Positions 8,858-18,988 of a DNA stretch of 64,000 bases are shown here, in pieces. Both the position numbers and the translations under genes were made by a program. The stretch's first letter is position 1; every line of letters starts with the position of its first letter. The notes under the pieces are model-generated. The model made no database searches. It saw only the letters and a list, made by a program, of their open reading frames with translations, and was not told where the DNA came from. Source of the stretch: an uncultured Deinococcaceae bacterium (lineage in GTDB: Bacteria > Deinococcota > Deinococci > Deinococcales > Deinococcaceae); the NCBI GenBank assembly GCA_964252075.1, contig CAXULY010000016.1:1-64000 (forward strand), written 5' to 3'.

Positions 8858-10440
8858 CGGACGTTCCCGCGCTGGTGGACACCTACCTGGGCGTGCACGC
8901 GCACCTGCGCCCGGTGGACGCCACCTTCATGGGCCTGCCCGGTCACGACCACCGCCTGCCCGGCGCGGGGCCAGACGCGCTCACGGAGGAGGCGAGCGCC
9001 CTCAGTCACCTGCGCCGCGAACTGGAGCGCGCCGCGCCCCCCACCGGCGAGGGCGACCGCCTGGACGCGCAGCTGCTGCGCGCCGCCTTGCGGCACGCGC
9101 TCGCGGAACTGGAGCGCGCGCCGCGCTACACGAACCCCGCGTGGTACAGCGGCGAGACGGTGTTCGGCGTGGTGTCCCTGCTGCTCCCGCGCCCCGGCGT
9201 GGACGCCGCCGAGACGCGCGAGTCGCTGCTGGTGCGCCTGCACGACGTGCCGCGCTTTCTGGCGGAGGGCCGCACGTGGCTGCGCCACGCCCGCATGCAC
9301 CCGGACCTCGTGACGCGCGCCGCGCTGGAGTGCCGCGCCTTCGCGCGCCTGATGGACGACCTGCCGCTGCACCCGCAGCTCAGCGCGCACGATCCGCTGC
9401 TGGCCGCCGCGGCGGCGGAAGCGGCGCGCGCCGCCCTGAGCTTCGCGGATGGTCTGCGCGCCGCCGAGGGCGTGACCGTCGCGTGTGGGGAGGCGCACCT
9501 GGCCTTCCTGATGCGCGACGTGCATGGCCTGGACTTCGGGCCGCGCGACGCCCTCGCGCGCGCCGAGGCGGCCTTCGCGCAGCTCACCGAGCAGCTGGAG
9601 GGCGGCGCGCACGCGCGGTTCGGCACGCCGTGGCGGGAGGTGCAGGCGCGCCTCGACGCGGACATCCCCGAAGACGCGCCCGCCACCTACCGGCACTGGC
9701 ACGGGCGCGCGCTGGAGCAGGCGGACGCCGCCGGGCTCGTCACGCCCACCGCCTACGGCCTGGACTTCCAGCCCATGCCGGAGTGGGCGCGCAGCGTGGC
9801 GGGCGACACGTACTTCCTGTTCTACCGCTCGCCCGCCGCGCTGCGCCCCGGCGCGGGCAGCACGTACTGGATGCCGCACGGCGCGGCCAGCGTGAGCACC
9901 ATCAAGCTCGTGCACGCCGTGCACCACGGCTCCATCGGGCACCACACGCAGAATGCCCGCGCCCGCACGGCGCCCGCGCGCCTCGCGCGGCTGGGCGGCA
10001 CGGACTGCGCGAGCGGCATCGCGATGCTCAGTGCGGGCACCATGGTGGAAGGCTGGGCCTGCTACGCCGAGGACCTGATGGCGGAAGCCGAGGGCTTCTA
10101 CACGCCCGAGGAGCACCTCCTGCTGACCAGCTTCACGCGCCGCAACGCCGGGTGCTGCATCGCGGACCTTAAACTGCACCTGGGGGACTGGACGCTGGAT
10201 GACATGCGCGCCTTCTACCGTGACGAGGTGGGCTTCGCGCCGTCCCGCCTGTGGACGGAAACCACCCGCAACGCCATGCTGCCCGCCACGCGCCTCATGT
10301 ACTGGCTGGGCACCGAACACATTCAGGCCATGCGCGCCGCCAGCGCCCTCCCCACCCGCGAATTCCACGACCGCCTGCTCGCGCACGGCAGCGCGCCCCT
10401 GACCTGGGTGGAGGCCCAGATGACCCACGAAATCGCCTGA
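8854..10440 (+). CDS. DUF885 family protein (528 aa) with a variant metal-site motif
   Basis: GTG at 8854 overlaps the upstream stop. Motifs PVDATFMG...HDHRL, EGWACYAE and MYWLG. HHGSIGHH replaces the usual HExxPGHH. Confidence 0.8.
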   Translation: MTDVPALVDTYLGVHAHLRPVDATFMGLPGHDHRLPGAGPDALTEEASALSHLRRELERAAPPTGEGDRLDAQLLRAALRHALAELERAPRYTNPAWYSGETVFGVVSLLLPRPGVDAAETRESLLVRLHDVPRFLAEGRTWLRHARMHPDLVTRAALECRAFARLMDDLPLHPQLSAHDPLLAAAAAEAARAALSFADGLRAAEGVTVACGEAHLAFLMRDVHGLDFGPRDALARAEAAFAQLTEQLEGGAHARFGTPWREVQARLDADIPEDAPATYRHWHGRALEQADAAGLVTPTAYGLDFQPMPEWARSVAGDTYFLFYRSPAALRPGAGSTYWMPHGAASVSTIKLVHAVHHGSIGHHTQNARARTAPARLARLGGTDCASGIAMLSAGTMVEGWACYAEDLMAEAEGFYTPEEHLLLTSFTRRNAGCCIADLKLHLGDWTLDDMRAFYRDEVGFAPSRLWTETTRNAMLPATRLMYWLGTEHIQAMRAASALPTREFHDRLLAHGSAPLTWVEAQMTHEIA

Positions 10441-10462
10441 AGCCCCCTCACCCCCGGAGGAA

Positions 10463-12040
10463 ATGATGCGTTCACGTGCCACCCTGCTGCTGTGCCTCGT
10501 CACCGTCGGTCTCGCCACCACCGCGGGCGCCAAGCCCATCACCTTCGCCCTCTCGGGCGAACCCGTGAACCTTGACCCCGCCACCACGGGCGACGCGAAC
10601 AGCGCCTACGTGGAAGCGCAGATTTACAACTCCCTCGTGGACTTCAAGCCCGGCACCATGACGGTCGTGCCGGACCTCGCGCAGAGCTGGACGGTCAGCG
10701 CGGACGGCCTCACGTGGACCTTCAAGCTGCGCAAGGACGTGAAGTTCACGGACGGCACGCCCTTCAACGCGGACGCCGTGCGCTTCAACTTCCTGCGCTG
10801 GTGGGACCAGGACGCCCCCTACGGCGCGAAAGCCACCGGGAAGAGCTTCCTGAACTGGCAGAACAACCTGGGCGGCTTCAAGGGCGAGGCGGGCTCCATC
10901 CTCAAGGACGTGCGCGTCACGGACCCCTACACCGTGCAGCTCCTCCTGAACAAGCCCTTCCCGTCCCTCACGGCGGTCCTGGCGGGCGGCGGGTCCTTCG
11001 GCCTCGCGAGCCCCACCGCCATCAAGAAGAACGCGCAGCAGTACGGCACGCCCGCCGTCGGCGCGGTCGGCACCGGCCCGTACCTCTTCAAGGGCTGGAC
11101 GAGCGGCGACAGCGTGGTCCTCACGAAGAACCCCAACTACTACAAGCCGGGCCTCCCGAAGTCCGAGACCATCACCTTCCGTTTCATCAAGGACGCCAGC
11201 GCCCGCCTGAACGAACTGAAGTCCGGCACGGTGGACATGGCAACCGATCTGCTGCCCGACCAGCTGCAGGCCATCAAGGCCGACGCGCGGCTGCGCCCCG
11301 CGCTGCGTGAATCGCTGAACGTCGGGTACCTGGCGTTCAACACCACGTACAAGCCCCTCGCGAGCGCGCAGGTGCGCACGGCGCTCGCCATGGCGATCAA
11401 CCGCAAGGCCATCGTGGACGGCTTCTGGAACGGCCTCGGCATCGAGAACGCGCACCTCACGCCGCCCGTGCTGGGCAGCGGGTACAGCAAGAGCGTCACG
11501 GACTACACCTACGACCCCGCCGCCGCGAAGAAGATGCTGGCCGCTGCGGGCTTCCCGAACGGCTTCACGCTGGACCTGTGGTACATGCCCGTCGCGCGCC
11601 CGTACTTCCCCACCCCCAAGGCCATCGCGGAAGCGATGGCGGCGGACCTCACCGCCATCGGCATCAAGGTGAACCTCAAGACCGAGGACTGGGGCAAGTA
11701 CCTGGAGGACCGTCAGGCCGGGAAGTTCCAGGCCTTCATGCTGGGGCAGGTCTCCACCAGTGACCCCATCGCGTCGTACAGCAGCATCATGGGGCCCACC
11801 TCCACCGCCGACATCGGGTGGCACAACGCCAGCTTCGACAAGGCGCTCGACGCCGCGCTGCGCCAGACGACGGACGCCGCGCGCATCCCGTACTTCCAGA
11901 CCATTGACGAGCTGCTGTTCCGCGAGGCGGTGCGCGTCCCCATCGTGCACGCGCGCCTGCTGGCGGTCAGCAACGTCGGCGTGCGCGGCTGGGTGCCCAG
12001 CCCGAACGGCAACGAACCGCTCAGCAGCGTCACGAAGTAA
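10463..12040 (+). CDS. Second peptide ABC transporter substrate-binding protein, family 5 (DppA-like)
   Basis: GGAGG RBS, signal peptide, motifs PDLAQSWTVSADGLTWTFKLRKDVKFTDG, GTGPY and WYMPVARPY. Confidence 0.95.
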   Translation: MMRSRATLLLCLVTVGLATTAGAKPITFALSGEPVNLDPATTGDANSAYVEAQIYNSLVDFKPGTMTVVPDLAQSWTVSADGLTWTFKLRKDVKFTDGTPFNADAVRFNFLRWWDQDAPYGAKATGKSFLNWQNNLGGFKGEAGSILKDVRVTDPYTVQLLLNKPFPSLTAVLAGGGSFGLASPTAIKKNAQQYGTPAVGAVGTGPYLFKGWTSGDSVVLTKNPNYYKPGLPKSETITFRFIKDASARLNELKSGTVDMATDLLPDQLQAIKADARLRPALRESLNVGYLAFNTTYKPLASAQVRTALAMAINRKAIVDGFWNGLGIENAHLTPPVLGSGYSKSVTDYTYDPAAAKKMLAAAGFPNGFTLDLWYMPVARPYFPTPKAIAEAMAADLTAIGIKVNLKTEDWGKYLEDRQAGKFQAFMLGQVSTSDPIASYSSIMGPTSTADIGWHNASFDKALDAALRQTTDAARIPYFQTIDELLFREAVRVPIVHARLLAVSNVGVRGWVPSPNGNEPLSSVTK

Positions 12041-12051
12041 AGTGCAGGCCC

Positions 12052-12081
12052 GCACCACCGGCCGAAGGTGGCCGGTGGTGC
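12052..12081 (+). other. Intercistronic hairpin after the second binding-protein gene
   Basis: Perfect 12-bp inverted repeat GCACCACCGGCC-GAAGGT-GGCCGGTGGTGC. Confidence 0.7.
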
Positions 12082-12139
12082 TCCACGAACCCCACGCCCG
12101 GCGCGCGCCGGGACACCCCACGCACCGCGAGGAGGCCGC

Positions 12140-12832
12140 ATGACCGACACCCCATTCACGCCCGAACAACGCCGCGACCTGCGCGCGCGCTTCCTGAAGG
12201 TGGACACCGCGAACGTCGCGGACGTGCTCGACGAACTTGGCCAGCCTGACTGGGGCCTCAGCCCGAGCTTCTGGCCTATCCGCGAGCGCCTGGAGAAGAT
12301 GGCGGGCTGGGCGTACACCATCCGCGGGCAGATGCGCCCCTACCCGGGCACGGGCGACCCCAAGAAGATGGAGGCCGTGAGCGGCCTCACCGAGGGCGAC
12401 ATCAGCGTGTGGAGCGGCGGCGGCGCGAGCGGCGTGTGCTTCTTCGGTGAGCTCATCGCGCGCGGCATGCAGCACCGCGGCTGCGTGGGCGCGATCATTG
12501 ACGGCGGCATCCGCGACATCGAGTGGATCGCCCGCATGGACTTCCCGGTGTTCGCCACCGAGCGCAGCCCCGTGCAGAGCATCGGGCGCTGGGGCGTCAC
12601 GGGCTGGAACGAGCCCGTGTACCTGCCTGGCGCGACCGCCGAGCGCGTCACGGTGCGGCCCGGCGACTTCATCCTCGCGGACTTCGACGGCGCCATCGTG
12701 GTGCCCGCCGAACTCGTGGAGCGGGTGCTGGAGCGCGCCGAGGCCCTCACCGAGAAGGAAGTCAAGATCCGCGAGGACCTCGACAAGGGCCTCAGCCTCC
12801 CGGAAGTCCTCGCGAAGTACGGGCACGTCTGA
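12140..12832 (+). CDS. RraA family / 4-hydroxy-4-methyl-2-oxoglutarate (HMG) aldolase-like protein (230 aa)
   Basis: GGAGG RBS. Motifs TANVADVLD, FFGEL, IIDGGIRD and VRPGDFILADFDG. Confidence 0.85.
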   Translation: MTDTPFTPEQRRDLRARFLKVDTANVADVLDELGQPDWGLSPSFWPIRERLEKMAGWAYTIRGQMRPYPGTGDPKKMEAVSGLTEGDISVWSGGGASGVCFFGELIARGMQHRGCVGAIIDGGIRDIEWIARMDFPVFATERSPVQSIGRWGVTGWNEPVYLPGATAERVTVRPGDFILADFDGAIVVPAELVERVLERAEALTEKEVKIREDLDKGLSLPEVLAKYGHV

Positions 12833-13617
12833 TGGACCTCGGACTGACGGGAACGCCCGCGCTGGTGACCGCCGCGAGTGACGGCCTGGGCTTCGCGACC
12901 GCCCTGGAACTCGCGCGGGAGGGCGCGCGCGTGGCGCTCTGCTCGCGCGACATCGAGCGCGCGCAGGCCGCCGCGCAGCGCATCGAGGCCGAGACGGGGC
13001 AGACCGTGCTGGCCCTGCAGGCGAACGTCGCGGACGCCGCGGACTGCGAGAGCGTCGTGGCGCGCGCCGCGGACGCCCTGGGGGGCCTGCGCGTGCTGGT
13101 CCTGAACGCGGGCGGCCCGCCCGCCGGCGGCTTCGAGAAGTTCGATGACGCCGCGTGGCTGTCCGCCTTCCAGCTGACCCTGATGAGCGCCGTGCGCCTC
13201 ACGCGCGCCGCGCTGCCGCACCTGCGGGCCACCGGGCAGGGCCGCGTGCTGGCCGTCATGAGTTCCAGCGTGCGCCGCCCCCTCCCGAACCTCACGCTCT
13301 CGAACGTGCTGCGGCCTGCCGTGCTGGGCCTCGTGAAGACCCTCAGCGTGGAACTCGCGCCGAGCATCGTCGTGAACGGCATCGCGCCGGGCCGCGTGCT
13401 CACGGGCCGCATTCAGGAACTCGACGAGGCGCGCGCGCAGCGCGAGGGCCGCGACGTGCAGGCCATCCGCACGCAGTCCGAGCGCGAGATTCCCCTGGGG
13501 CGCCTCGGGGACCCCGCCGAGTTCGGGCGCGTCGCGGCGTTCCTGTGCTCGCCCGCCGCGAGTTACGTGACGGGCAGCACCCTGCTGGTGGACGGCGGCG
13601 CCGTCACGAACCTCTAG
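12832..13617 (+). CDS. SDR family oxidoreductase (261 aa)
   Basis: TGATG coupling. Motifs MDLGLTG...[21 protein letters not shown] (no canonical YxxxK) and SYVTG...VDGG. Confidence 0.9.
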   Translation: MDLGLTGTPALVTAASDGLGFATALELAREGARVALCSRDIERAQAAAQRIEAETGQTVLALQANVADAADCESVVARAADALGGLRVLVLNAGGPPAGGFEKFDDAAWLSAFQLTLMSAVRLTRAALPHLRATGQGRVLAVMSSSVRRPLPNLTLSNVLRPAVLGLVKTLSVELAPSIVVNGIAPGRVLTGRIQELDEARAQREGRDVQAIRTQSEREIPLGRLGDPAEFGRVAAFLCSPAASYVTGSTLLVDGGAVTNL

Positions 13618-13667
13618 AACCCCCGGAAGGACGGCCCCCACGTCCTCCCCGCGAAACGGAGCCTCCC

Positions 13668-14741
13668 TTGACCTACGATCCTCAGAAGCACGCGGAACTC
13701 ATGGTGGACTACTGCATTCAGGCCCAGCCGGGCGAGCGCATCCTGGTGGCGACCACCACCCTGGCGCTCCCGCTCGTGGAGGCCATCCACCGCACGCTCC
13801 TCACGCGCGGCGCGCGGCCCGTGCTGCGCCTGGAGTACCCGCAGCAGCAGCAGGACCTGATCCGGTACGCGAGTGACGAGCTGCTGGACGCTCTGCACCC
13901 CGCCGACCTCGCGGAGATCGAGAGCATCCAGGGCAGTATCCGCATTCAGACGCCGCAGCCGCCCGAGTCGGGCGACCCCGCGCGCGCCACGCGGCATGCC
14001 CGCAGCCACGGCCCCATCGCGACCACCCGCGCGAAACGCAAGTGGACGCTCACCCTGTACCCCACCGAGTTCGGCGCGCAGGCGGCGGGCCTGAGCCTCC
14101 CCGACTACGAGGCCTTCGTGGCGAGCGCCATGTTCCTCGACCAGCCCGATCCGGTCGCCGCGTGGGGTGAGGTGCGCGCCAAGCAGGCGCGGTACATCGA
14201 GCGCCTCAGCGTCGCGGACGAGGTGCGCATCACGGCGCCCGGCACGGACCTGCGCATGAGCGTGAAGGGCCGCGGCTGGGTGAACAGCGACGGGCGGCGC
14301 AACATGCCGAGCGGCGAGGTCTTCACGGGCCCGATCGAGGACAGCGTGGAGGGCACCATCTACTACAGCCTCCCCACGCTCTTCCAGGGCACGCGCGTGA
14401 GCGGCATCCACCTGCGCTTCGAGCGCGGTCAGGTGGTGGAGGCCCGCGCCGAGGAGGGCGACGACGCCCTGCAGGCCGCGCTCGCCACGGACCCCGGCGC
14501 GCGCTTCGTGGGCGAACTCGGCATCGGCACGAACTTCGGCATTCAGACGCCCAGCATGAACATCCTCTTCGACGAGAAGATGGGCGGCACCGTGCACCTC
14601 GCGCTGGGCCGCAGCTACCCCGAGACGGGCGGCCTGAACGAGAGCGCCCTGCACTGGGACATGATCTGCGAACTGCGCACGGGTGGCGAGGTGCGGCTGG
14701 ACGGCGCGCCCTTCATCGAGGGCGGGCGCTTCGTGGAGTGA
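13668..14741 (+). CDS. Aminopeptidase, M29 family (AmpT/AmpS-like)
   Basis: TTG start after GGAG. Motifs [33 protein letters not shown] and SALHWD. Confidence 0.92.
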   Translation: MTYDPQKHAELMVDYCIQAQPGERILVATTTLALPLVEAIHRTLLTRGARPVLRLEYPQQQQDLIRYASDELLDALHPADLAEIESIQGSIRIQTPQPPESGDPARATRHARSHGPIATTRAKRKWTLTLYPTEFGAQAAGLSLPDYEAFVASAMFLDQPDPVAAWGEVRAKQARYIERLSVADEVRITAPGTDLRMSVKGRGWVNSDGRRNMPSGEVFTGPIEDSVEGTIYYSLPTLFQGTRVSGIHLRFERGQVVEARAEEGDDALQAALATDPGARFVGELGIGTNFGIQTPSMNILFDEKMGGTVHLALGRSYPETGGLNESALHWDMICELRTGGEVRLDGAPFIEGGRFVE

Positions 14742-14748
14742 GCGCCCC

Positions 14749-14784
14749 CGCGGGGCCAACCCCAGATGAGGGGTCGGCCCCGCG
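14749..14784 (+). terminator. GC-rich hairpin, likely the end of the catabolic operon
   Basis: CGCGGGGCCAACCCC-AGATGA-GGGGTCGGCCCCGCG with no U-tract. It is followed by a TATAGT -10 box (14791-14796) for the next gene. Confidence 0.5.
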
Positions 14785-14808
14785 CTGGCGTATAGTTCGC
14801 GCCAGGAG

Positions 14809-16068
14809 GTGAGCGCCCTGCCCACGACCGTCACGCATGAGGACCTCATCGCGTGCTTCCACGCCGCGCTGGCGAACAACGACCCGCATGCGGTCACGTC
14901 CCGGCACCTGCCGGACCTGCGCGCCGCGCCGTTCATCCTCGCGGTGGGGAAGGCGGCGCCCGGCATGGCGCGCGCGGCGGCGGAACGCTACCCGGGCGCG
15001 CGCGGGCTGCTGGTCGCGCCGCGCGGCGCGGCGGGTGCGCCGCCCGCGCCGACCTTCACCGTGCTGGAGGCCAGTCACCCCACCCCGGACGACTCCAGCC
15101 TGCGCGCGGCCCTCGCCGTGCGCGCGTTCGTGCAGGACCTCGGCCCGCACGACACGCTGCTGGTCCTGCTGTCCGGCGGCGCGAGCAGCCTGCTGGCCGC
15201 GCCGGACGGCGTGACCCTTGGGCAGAAGCGCGCGGTGACGGCGGACCTGCTGCGCAGCGGCGCGGACATCGGCGTCATGAACGCCGTGCGGCGCGCGCTC
15301 TCGTGGCTGAAGGGCGGCGGCCTGCTGCGCCTCACGCGCGCGCGCGTGCTCACGCTGCTGCTGTCCGACGTGCCCGGCGACCACCCTGCCGTGATCGGCT
15401 CCGGCCCCACGGTGTCCAGCGCGCCCGCCGCAGGGGAGGCCGCGCGGCACCTGCATGACCTCGGGCTGGCCGACCGGCACCCGGAGGTGATGGCGCACCT
15501 GGCGCACCGCGCCCACCAGGCGCCCGCGCCCGTCCTCGCGCGCGCCGAGCCGCCGCAGGTGATCGCGTCGTCCGCCACCCTGCTGCGCAGCGCCGCCGCG
15601 TTCTGGGCGGCGCGCGACGTGCCGACCCTCACCCTCAGTGACCGTTTCGGTGGCGAGGCGCGCGACCTCGCGGCCTTTCACGCCGCCATCGCGGCGTCCA
15701 GCCTGGAGGCGGGCGTGCCCCGCCCAGCGCCCCTCGTGCTGCTCAGCGGCGGCGAGGCGACCGTGACCGTCACGGGTGGGGGGCGCGGCGGGCGCAACCA
15801 GGAGTTCCTGCTGGGGCTGCTGCACCACCTGCGGCGCCCCTGCTGGGCGCTCGCGGTGGACACCGACGGCATTGACGGCAACACGGGCGCGGCGGGCGCG
15901 TGGCTGTCCCCGGGTACCTGGGCGCGCGTCACGCCCGAGCAGCTCCGCCAGCACGCGCGCGACAACGACGCGCACGCCCTCTTCGCCCGGCTGGGGCAGC
16001 TGGTGGTCACCGGCCCCACCGGCAACAACCTGAACGACCTGCGCATGATGGTGGTCGGCGCGGAGTAA
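14809..16068 (+). CDS. Glycerate kinase type 2 (MOFRL/TtuD-like)
   Basis: Motifs AVGKAA, ASHPTPD, LSGGASSL, SGGEATV, GRGGRNQE, TDGIDG and TGPTGNNLND. Confidence 0.92.
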   Translation: MSALPTTVTHEDLIACFHAALANNDPHAVTSRHLPDLRAAPFILAVGKAAPGMARAAAERYPGARGLLVAPRGAAGAPPAPTFTVLEASHPTPDDSSLRAALAVRAFVQDLGPHDTLLVLLSGGASSLLAAPDGVTLGQKRAVTADLLRSGADIGVMNAVRRALSWLKGGGLLRLTRARVLTLLLSDVPGDHPAVIGSGPTVSSAPAAGEAARHLHDLGLADRHPEVMAHLAHRAHQAPAPVLARAEPPQVIASSATLLRSAAAFWAARDVPTLTLSDRFGGEARDLAAFHAAIAASSLEAGVPRPAPLVLLSGGEATVTVTGGGRGGRNQEFLLGLLHHLRRPCWALAVDTDGIDGNTGAAGAWLSPGTWARVTPEQLRQHARDNDAHALFARLGQLVVTGPTGNNLNDLRMMVVGAE

Positions 16069-16099
16069 CGCGGGCTGGAGCGCGGCGGCGCGGTGGGAA

Positions 16100-18931
16100 T
16101 CAGCGCTGCGCGGGCAGGCCCGGCCACCCGCGCAGCCAGTCCTGCACCTGCGCGGCGGGCATGGGGCGCGCGACGAGGTACCCCTGGATGTTCGGGCAGC
16201 GGTGCTCGCGCAGCCACCCCAGCTGCGAGTCGAACTCCACGCCCTCCGCGACCACATCGAGGCCGAGCGCGCGGGCGAGCGCGAGGCTGGCCTGCACGAT
16301 CGCGTGATCCCCGCTCTCGCTGTTCAGGAACTCACGGGGAATCTTGAGGATGCTCAGCGGGAGTTGCCGCACGTCGAGCAGGCTCGCGTGCCCGGTGCCG
16401 AAGTCGTCGAGCGCCACCCGGACGCCCATGGCGTGCAGGTCCGCCAGCACGCCCGTCGCGGCGAGGCGGTCCACGAGCAGGCCCGACTCCGTCACCTCCA
16501 GCACCAGCCGGGAGGCGTGCAGGCCGTGCTGCGCGAGGCAGGCCTCGATCTGCGCGGTGAAGTGCTCGCCGGTGAGTTGCCGGGCGCTCACGTTCACCCA
16601 CACCGTGAGGTGCGGGTCGGGCCACGTCGCGAGGTGCGCGCAGGCCTCGCGCAGCACCCAGTGCCCGATCTCCTGAATGAGGCCGCTCGCCTCCGCCAGT
16701 TCGATCAGGCGCGGGATGGGCACGCTGCGGCCCACCGGGTGCTGCCAGCGCAGCAGCGCCTCGAATCCGAGCACGGCGCCGCTGTCGCAGCGCACGAGCG
16801 GCTGGAAGTGCAGTTCGAACTCGCCGTTGCCGAGCGCGGCGTACAGGGCGTTCTCGAGCGTCACGGCGGTCTGTGAGGCGTCCCCCGCGGGCGCGTAGAT
16901 GGTGTGGGGGCGGTGCGAGCCTTTCGCCTCGTACATCGCCATGTCCGCCTGCCGCAGCAACTCGCCGGGTTCACGCGCGAGGTCCGGGGAGCGGCTCCAG
17001 CCGAGGCTGAAGCGCATGTTCACGGCGTGCCCGCGCAGGTGGAAGGGCTGCTGGAAGGCGCCCGCGAGGCGCAGGGAGGCGGCTTCCAGCTGTGCGTCGC
17101 TGGAGGGCCCCTCGCGCACCAGCGCGAACTCGTCGCCGCCCATGCGGGCGAGCGTCTCGCCGGGCTCCAGGCAGGTGCGCAGGCGCTGGCTGGCGAGCAG
17201 CAGCAGTTCATCGCCGAACTCATGCCCGAAGGCGTCGTTGATCTGCTTGAAGCGGTCGAGGTCGATGAGGCACACGCCCACCTGCTGCGCACCGCCGGCG
17301 TTGCTGAGCGCCGACCGCAGGCACTCGTTCAGGGCGCTGCGGTTGGGGAGGCCCGTGAGGGCGTCCGTGAAGGCCAGGCGGGACAGCTCGCGGTGGCCCT
17401 GGTCGCCCGTGATGACTAGCGCCGCGAGGCTCGCGAGGTCGTGCAGCACACCGAGTTCCTCGGGCTGCGGCTGGCGCGGGCCGCGCGCGTACACCGCGAA
17501 GGTGCCCAGCACCCGCCCGTCCTGCTGGATGGGCGTGGACCAGCAGGCGCCCAGCCCGGTGGGCGCCATGGTGTCCCAGAACTGCGCCCACAGCGGGTCG
17601 CGCATCAGGTCCCAGGAGACGACCGTGCGGCCCAGGTACGCGGCGGTGCCGCAGCTGCCCGCGGAGGGCCCCACGACCAGCCCGTCGGAGGCGTTGCGCA
17701 CGACCTCCGGGAGGTGCGGCGCGGCGCCCAGGTGCAGCTGCGTGCCCTCCAGCAGCAGCACCGAGCCGATCATGCCGGGCAGCACCGACTCGATGATGGC
17801 GACCAGTTCGCGCAGCACCTCGTGCAGGGCGGCGCCGCTGCTGGCCATCTGCAGCACCAGCGCGCGGCCGCGCTCCAGGCCGGTGCGGCGCGTGGCGGCG
17901 CTGGCGTCGTGCACGCGCAGCGCCCAGCGCTGGTGCCCCCCGGACGCGTACTGCACCCGCTCGCAGGTGGCGCGCAGCGCCTGCTGCTGCAGGCTCCCCA
18001 CGTGCAGCGTGACGTCCTCGGCGGCGCTGCCGCCCGAGCGCACCTGCTGGTGCACCCAGTGGCCCAGTTCCGTGAGGGGCGTGCCGGTCAGCCAGTCGTC
18101 CAGCCGTGGCGGGAAGCCGGGGGGCGCGGCGGGAAGCGGTTGCCCCACCAGGCGCTCCAGCGCGGGGTTCAGGTACGTGACGAGCACGTCCTGGTGGGTG
18201 GGCTCGACGAGCAGCAGCGCGAAGCCCTCCTCGAAGCCCTGCACGGCGTCCTGCAGGGCCTGCAGTTCCTCGCGCTCCACGGTGCTGGCGGTGATGTCCT
18301 GCGCGCTGCCCAGCACGTACCGCAGCGCGCCGTCCGCGCTGAACACCGGCTGGTACAGGTGCTGGTAGGTGCGCCACGCGCCGCCGCTCACCTGCCGCGG
18401 CTCCTGCCAGTGGCGCGCCTCGCCGCTGGCGAGCACCTCCTCCAGGCGCGCCTCGCGGCGCCGGGCGACGGTGGTGGACAGGCCCTGCCACTGGGCGTAC
18501 TCGCCTTCGGTGAGCCCCACGATCGCCTGACGGCTGGTGGGGTCCGGGATGGCGGTGGCGTTCGCGTACAGGTAGCGGCCCTGCGGGTCGAGCGCGCTCA
18601 CTTCGGACGGCAGATGGTGCAGCAGGTCCAGCGGGAGCGCCAGGACCGACGTGGGCACCGGCTCGATGAGGCGCAGCCACCAGCGCGCGCCGCCCGCTTC
18701 CCGCGCCACCCGCACCGCCACCGGCCACGTCTGGCCGGCGGGGCCGAGCAGGTGCCGCAGGGACGGCGCGCCGGGATGCGGGGGAGGCCCGTGGTCGGCC
18801 AGCAGGTCATGGGCCGGCACGCCCGTGAGGGTGGCGTGGCCGGTGCGCGCCACGAGCGCGGGGCTGGCCTCACGGATCAGGCCGGAAGGGTCCACCGCAC
18901 ACTGAAGGAGAACGTCGGGGCTGGCGGGCAT
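16100..18931 (-). CDS. PAS/GAF sensor GGDEF-EAL protein
   Basis: PAS-like segments, a GAF segment (GSCGTAAY...ACWSTPI), DALTGLPNR, RMGGDEF, FEALLRW, DDFGTG and AEGVE. Confidence 0.93.
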   Translation of the reverse strand: MPASPDVLLQCAVDPSGLIREASPALVARTGHATLTGVPAHDLLADHGPPPHPGAPSLRHLLGPAGQTWPVAVRVAREAGGARWWLRLIEPVPTSVLALPLDLLHHLPSEVSALDPQGRYLYANATAIPDPTSRQAIVGLTEGEYAQWQGLSTTVARRREARLEEVLASGEARHWQEPRQVSGGAWRTYQHLYQPVFSADGALRYVLGSAQDITASTVEREELQALQDAVQGFEEGFALLLVEPTHQDVLVTYLNPALERLVGQPLPAAPPGFPPRLDDWLTGTPLTELGHWVHQQVRSGGSAAEDVTLHVGSLQQQALRATCERVQYASGGHQRWALRVHDASAATRRTGLERGRALVLQMASSGAALHEVLRELVAIIESVLPGMIGSVLLLEGTQLHLGAAPHLPEVVRNASDGLVVGPSAGSCGTAAYLGRTVVSWDLMRDPLWAQFWDTMAPTGLGACWSTPIQQDGRVLGTFAVYARGPRQPQPEELGVLHDLASLAALVITGDQGHRELSRLAFTDALTGLPNRSALNECLRSALSNAGGAQQVGVCLIDLDRFKQINDAFGHEFGDELLLLASQRLRTCLEPGETLARMGGDEFALVREGPSSDAQLEAASLRLAGAFQQPFHLRGHAVNMRFSLGWSRSPDLAREPGELLRQADMAMYEAKGSHRPHTIYAPAGDASQTAVTLENALYAALGNGEFELHFQPLVRCDSGAVLGFEALLRWQHPVGRSVPIPRLIELAEASGLIQEIGHWVLREACAHLATWPDPHLTVWVNVSARQLTGEHFTAQIEACLAQHGLHASRLVLEVTESGLLVDRLAATGVLADLHAMGVRVALDDFGTGHASLLDVRQLPLSILKIPREFLNSESGDHAIVQASLALARALGLDVVAEGVEFDSQLGWLREHRCPNIQGYLVARPMPAAQVQDWLRGWPGLPAQR

Positions 18932-18988
18932 CGTCGTGCCCTCAGGATAAGCCCACGCCACGGCCCGCGCGTCCGCAAGCGCGGACGG

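Noticed and set aside
14809..16068. Glycerate kinase as part of the IclR catabolic operon
   Set aside because: It is separated by a strong hairpin and has its own TATAGT -10 box. A metabolic link is possible but unsupported.
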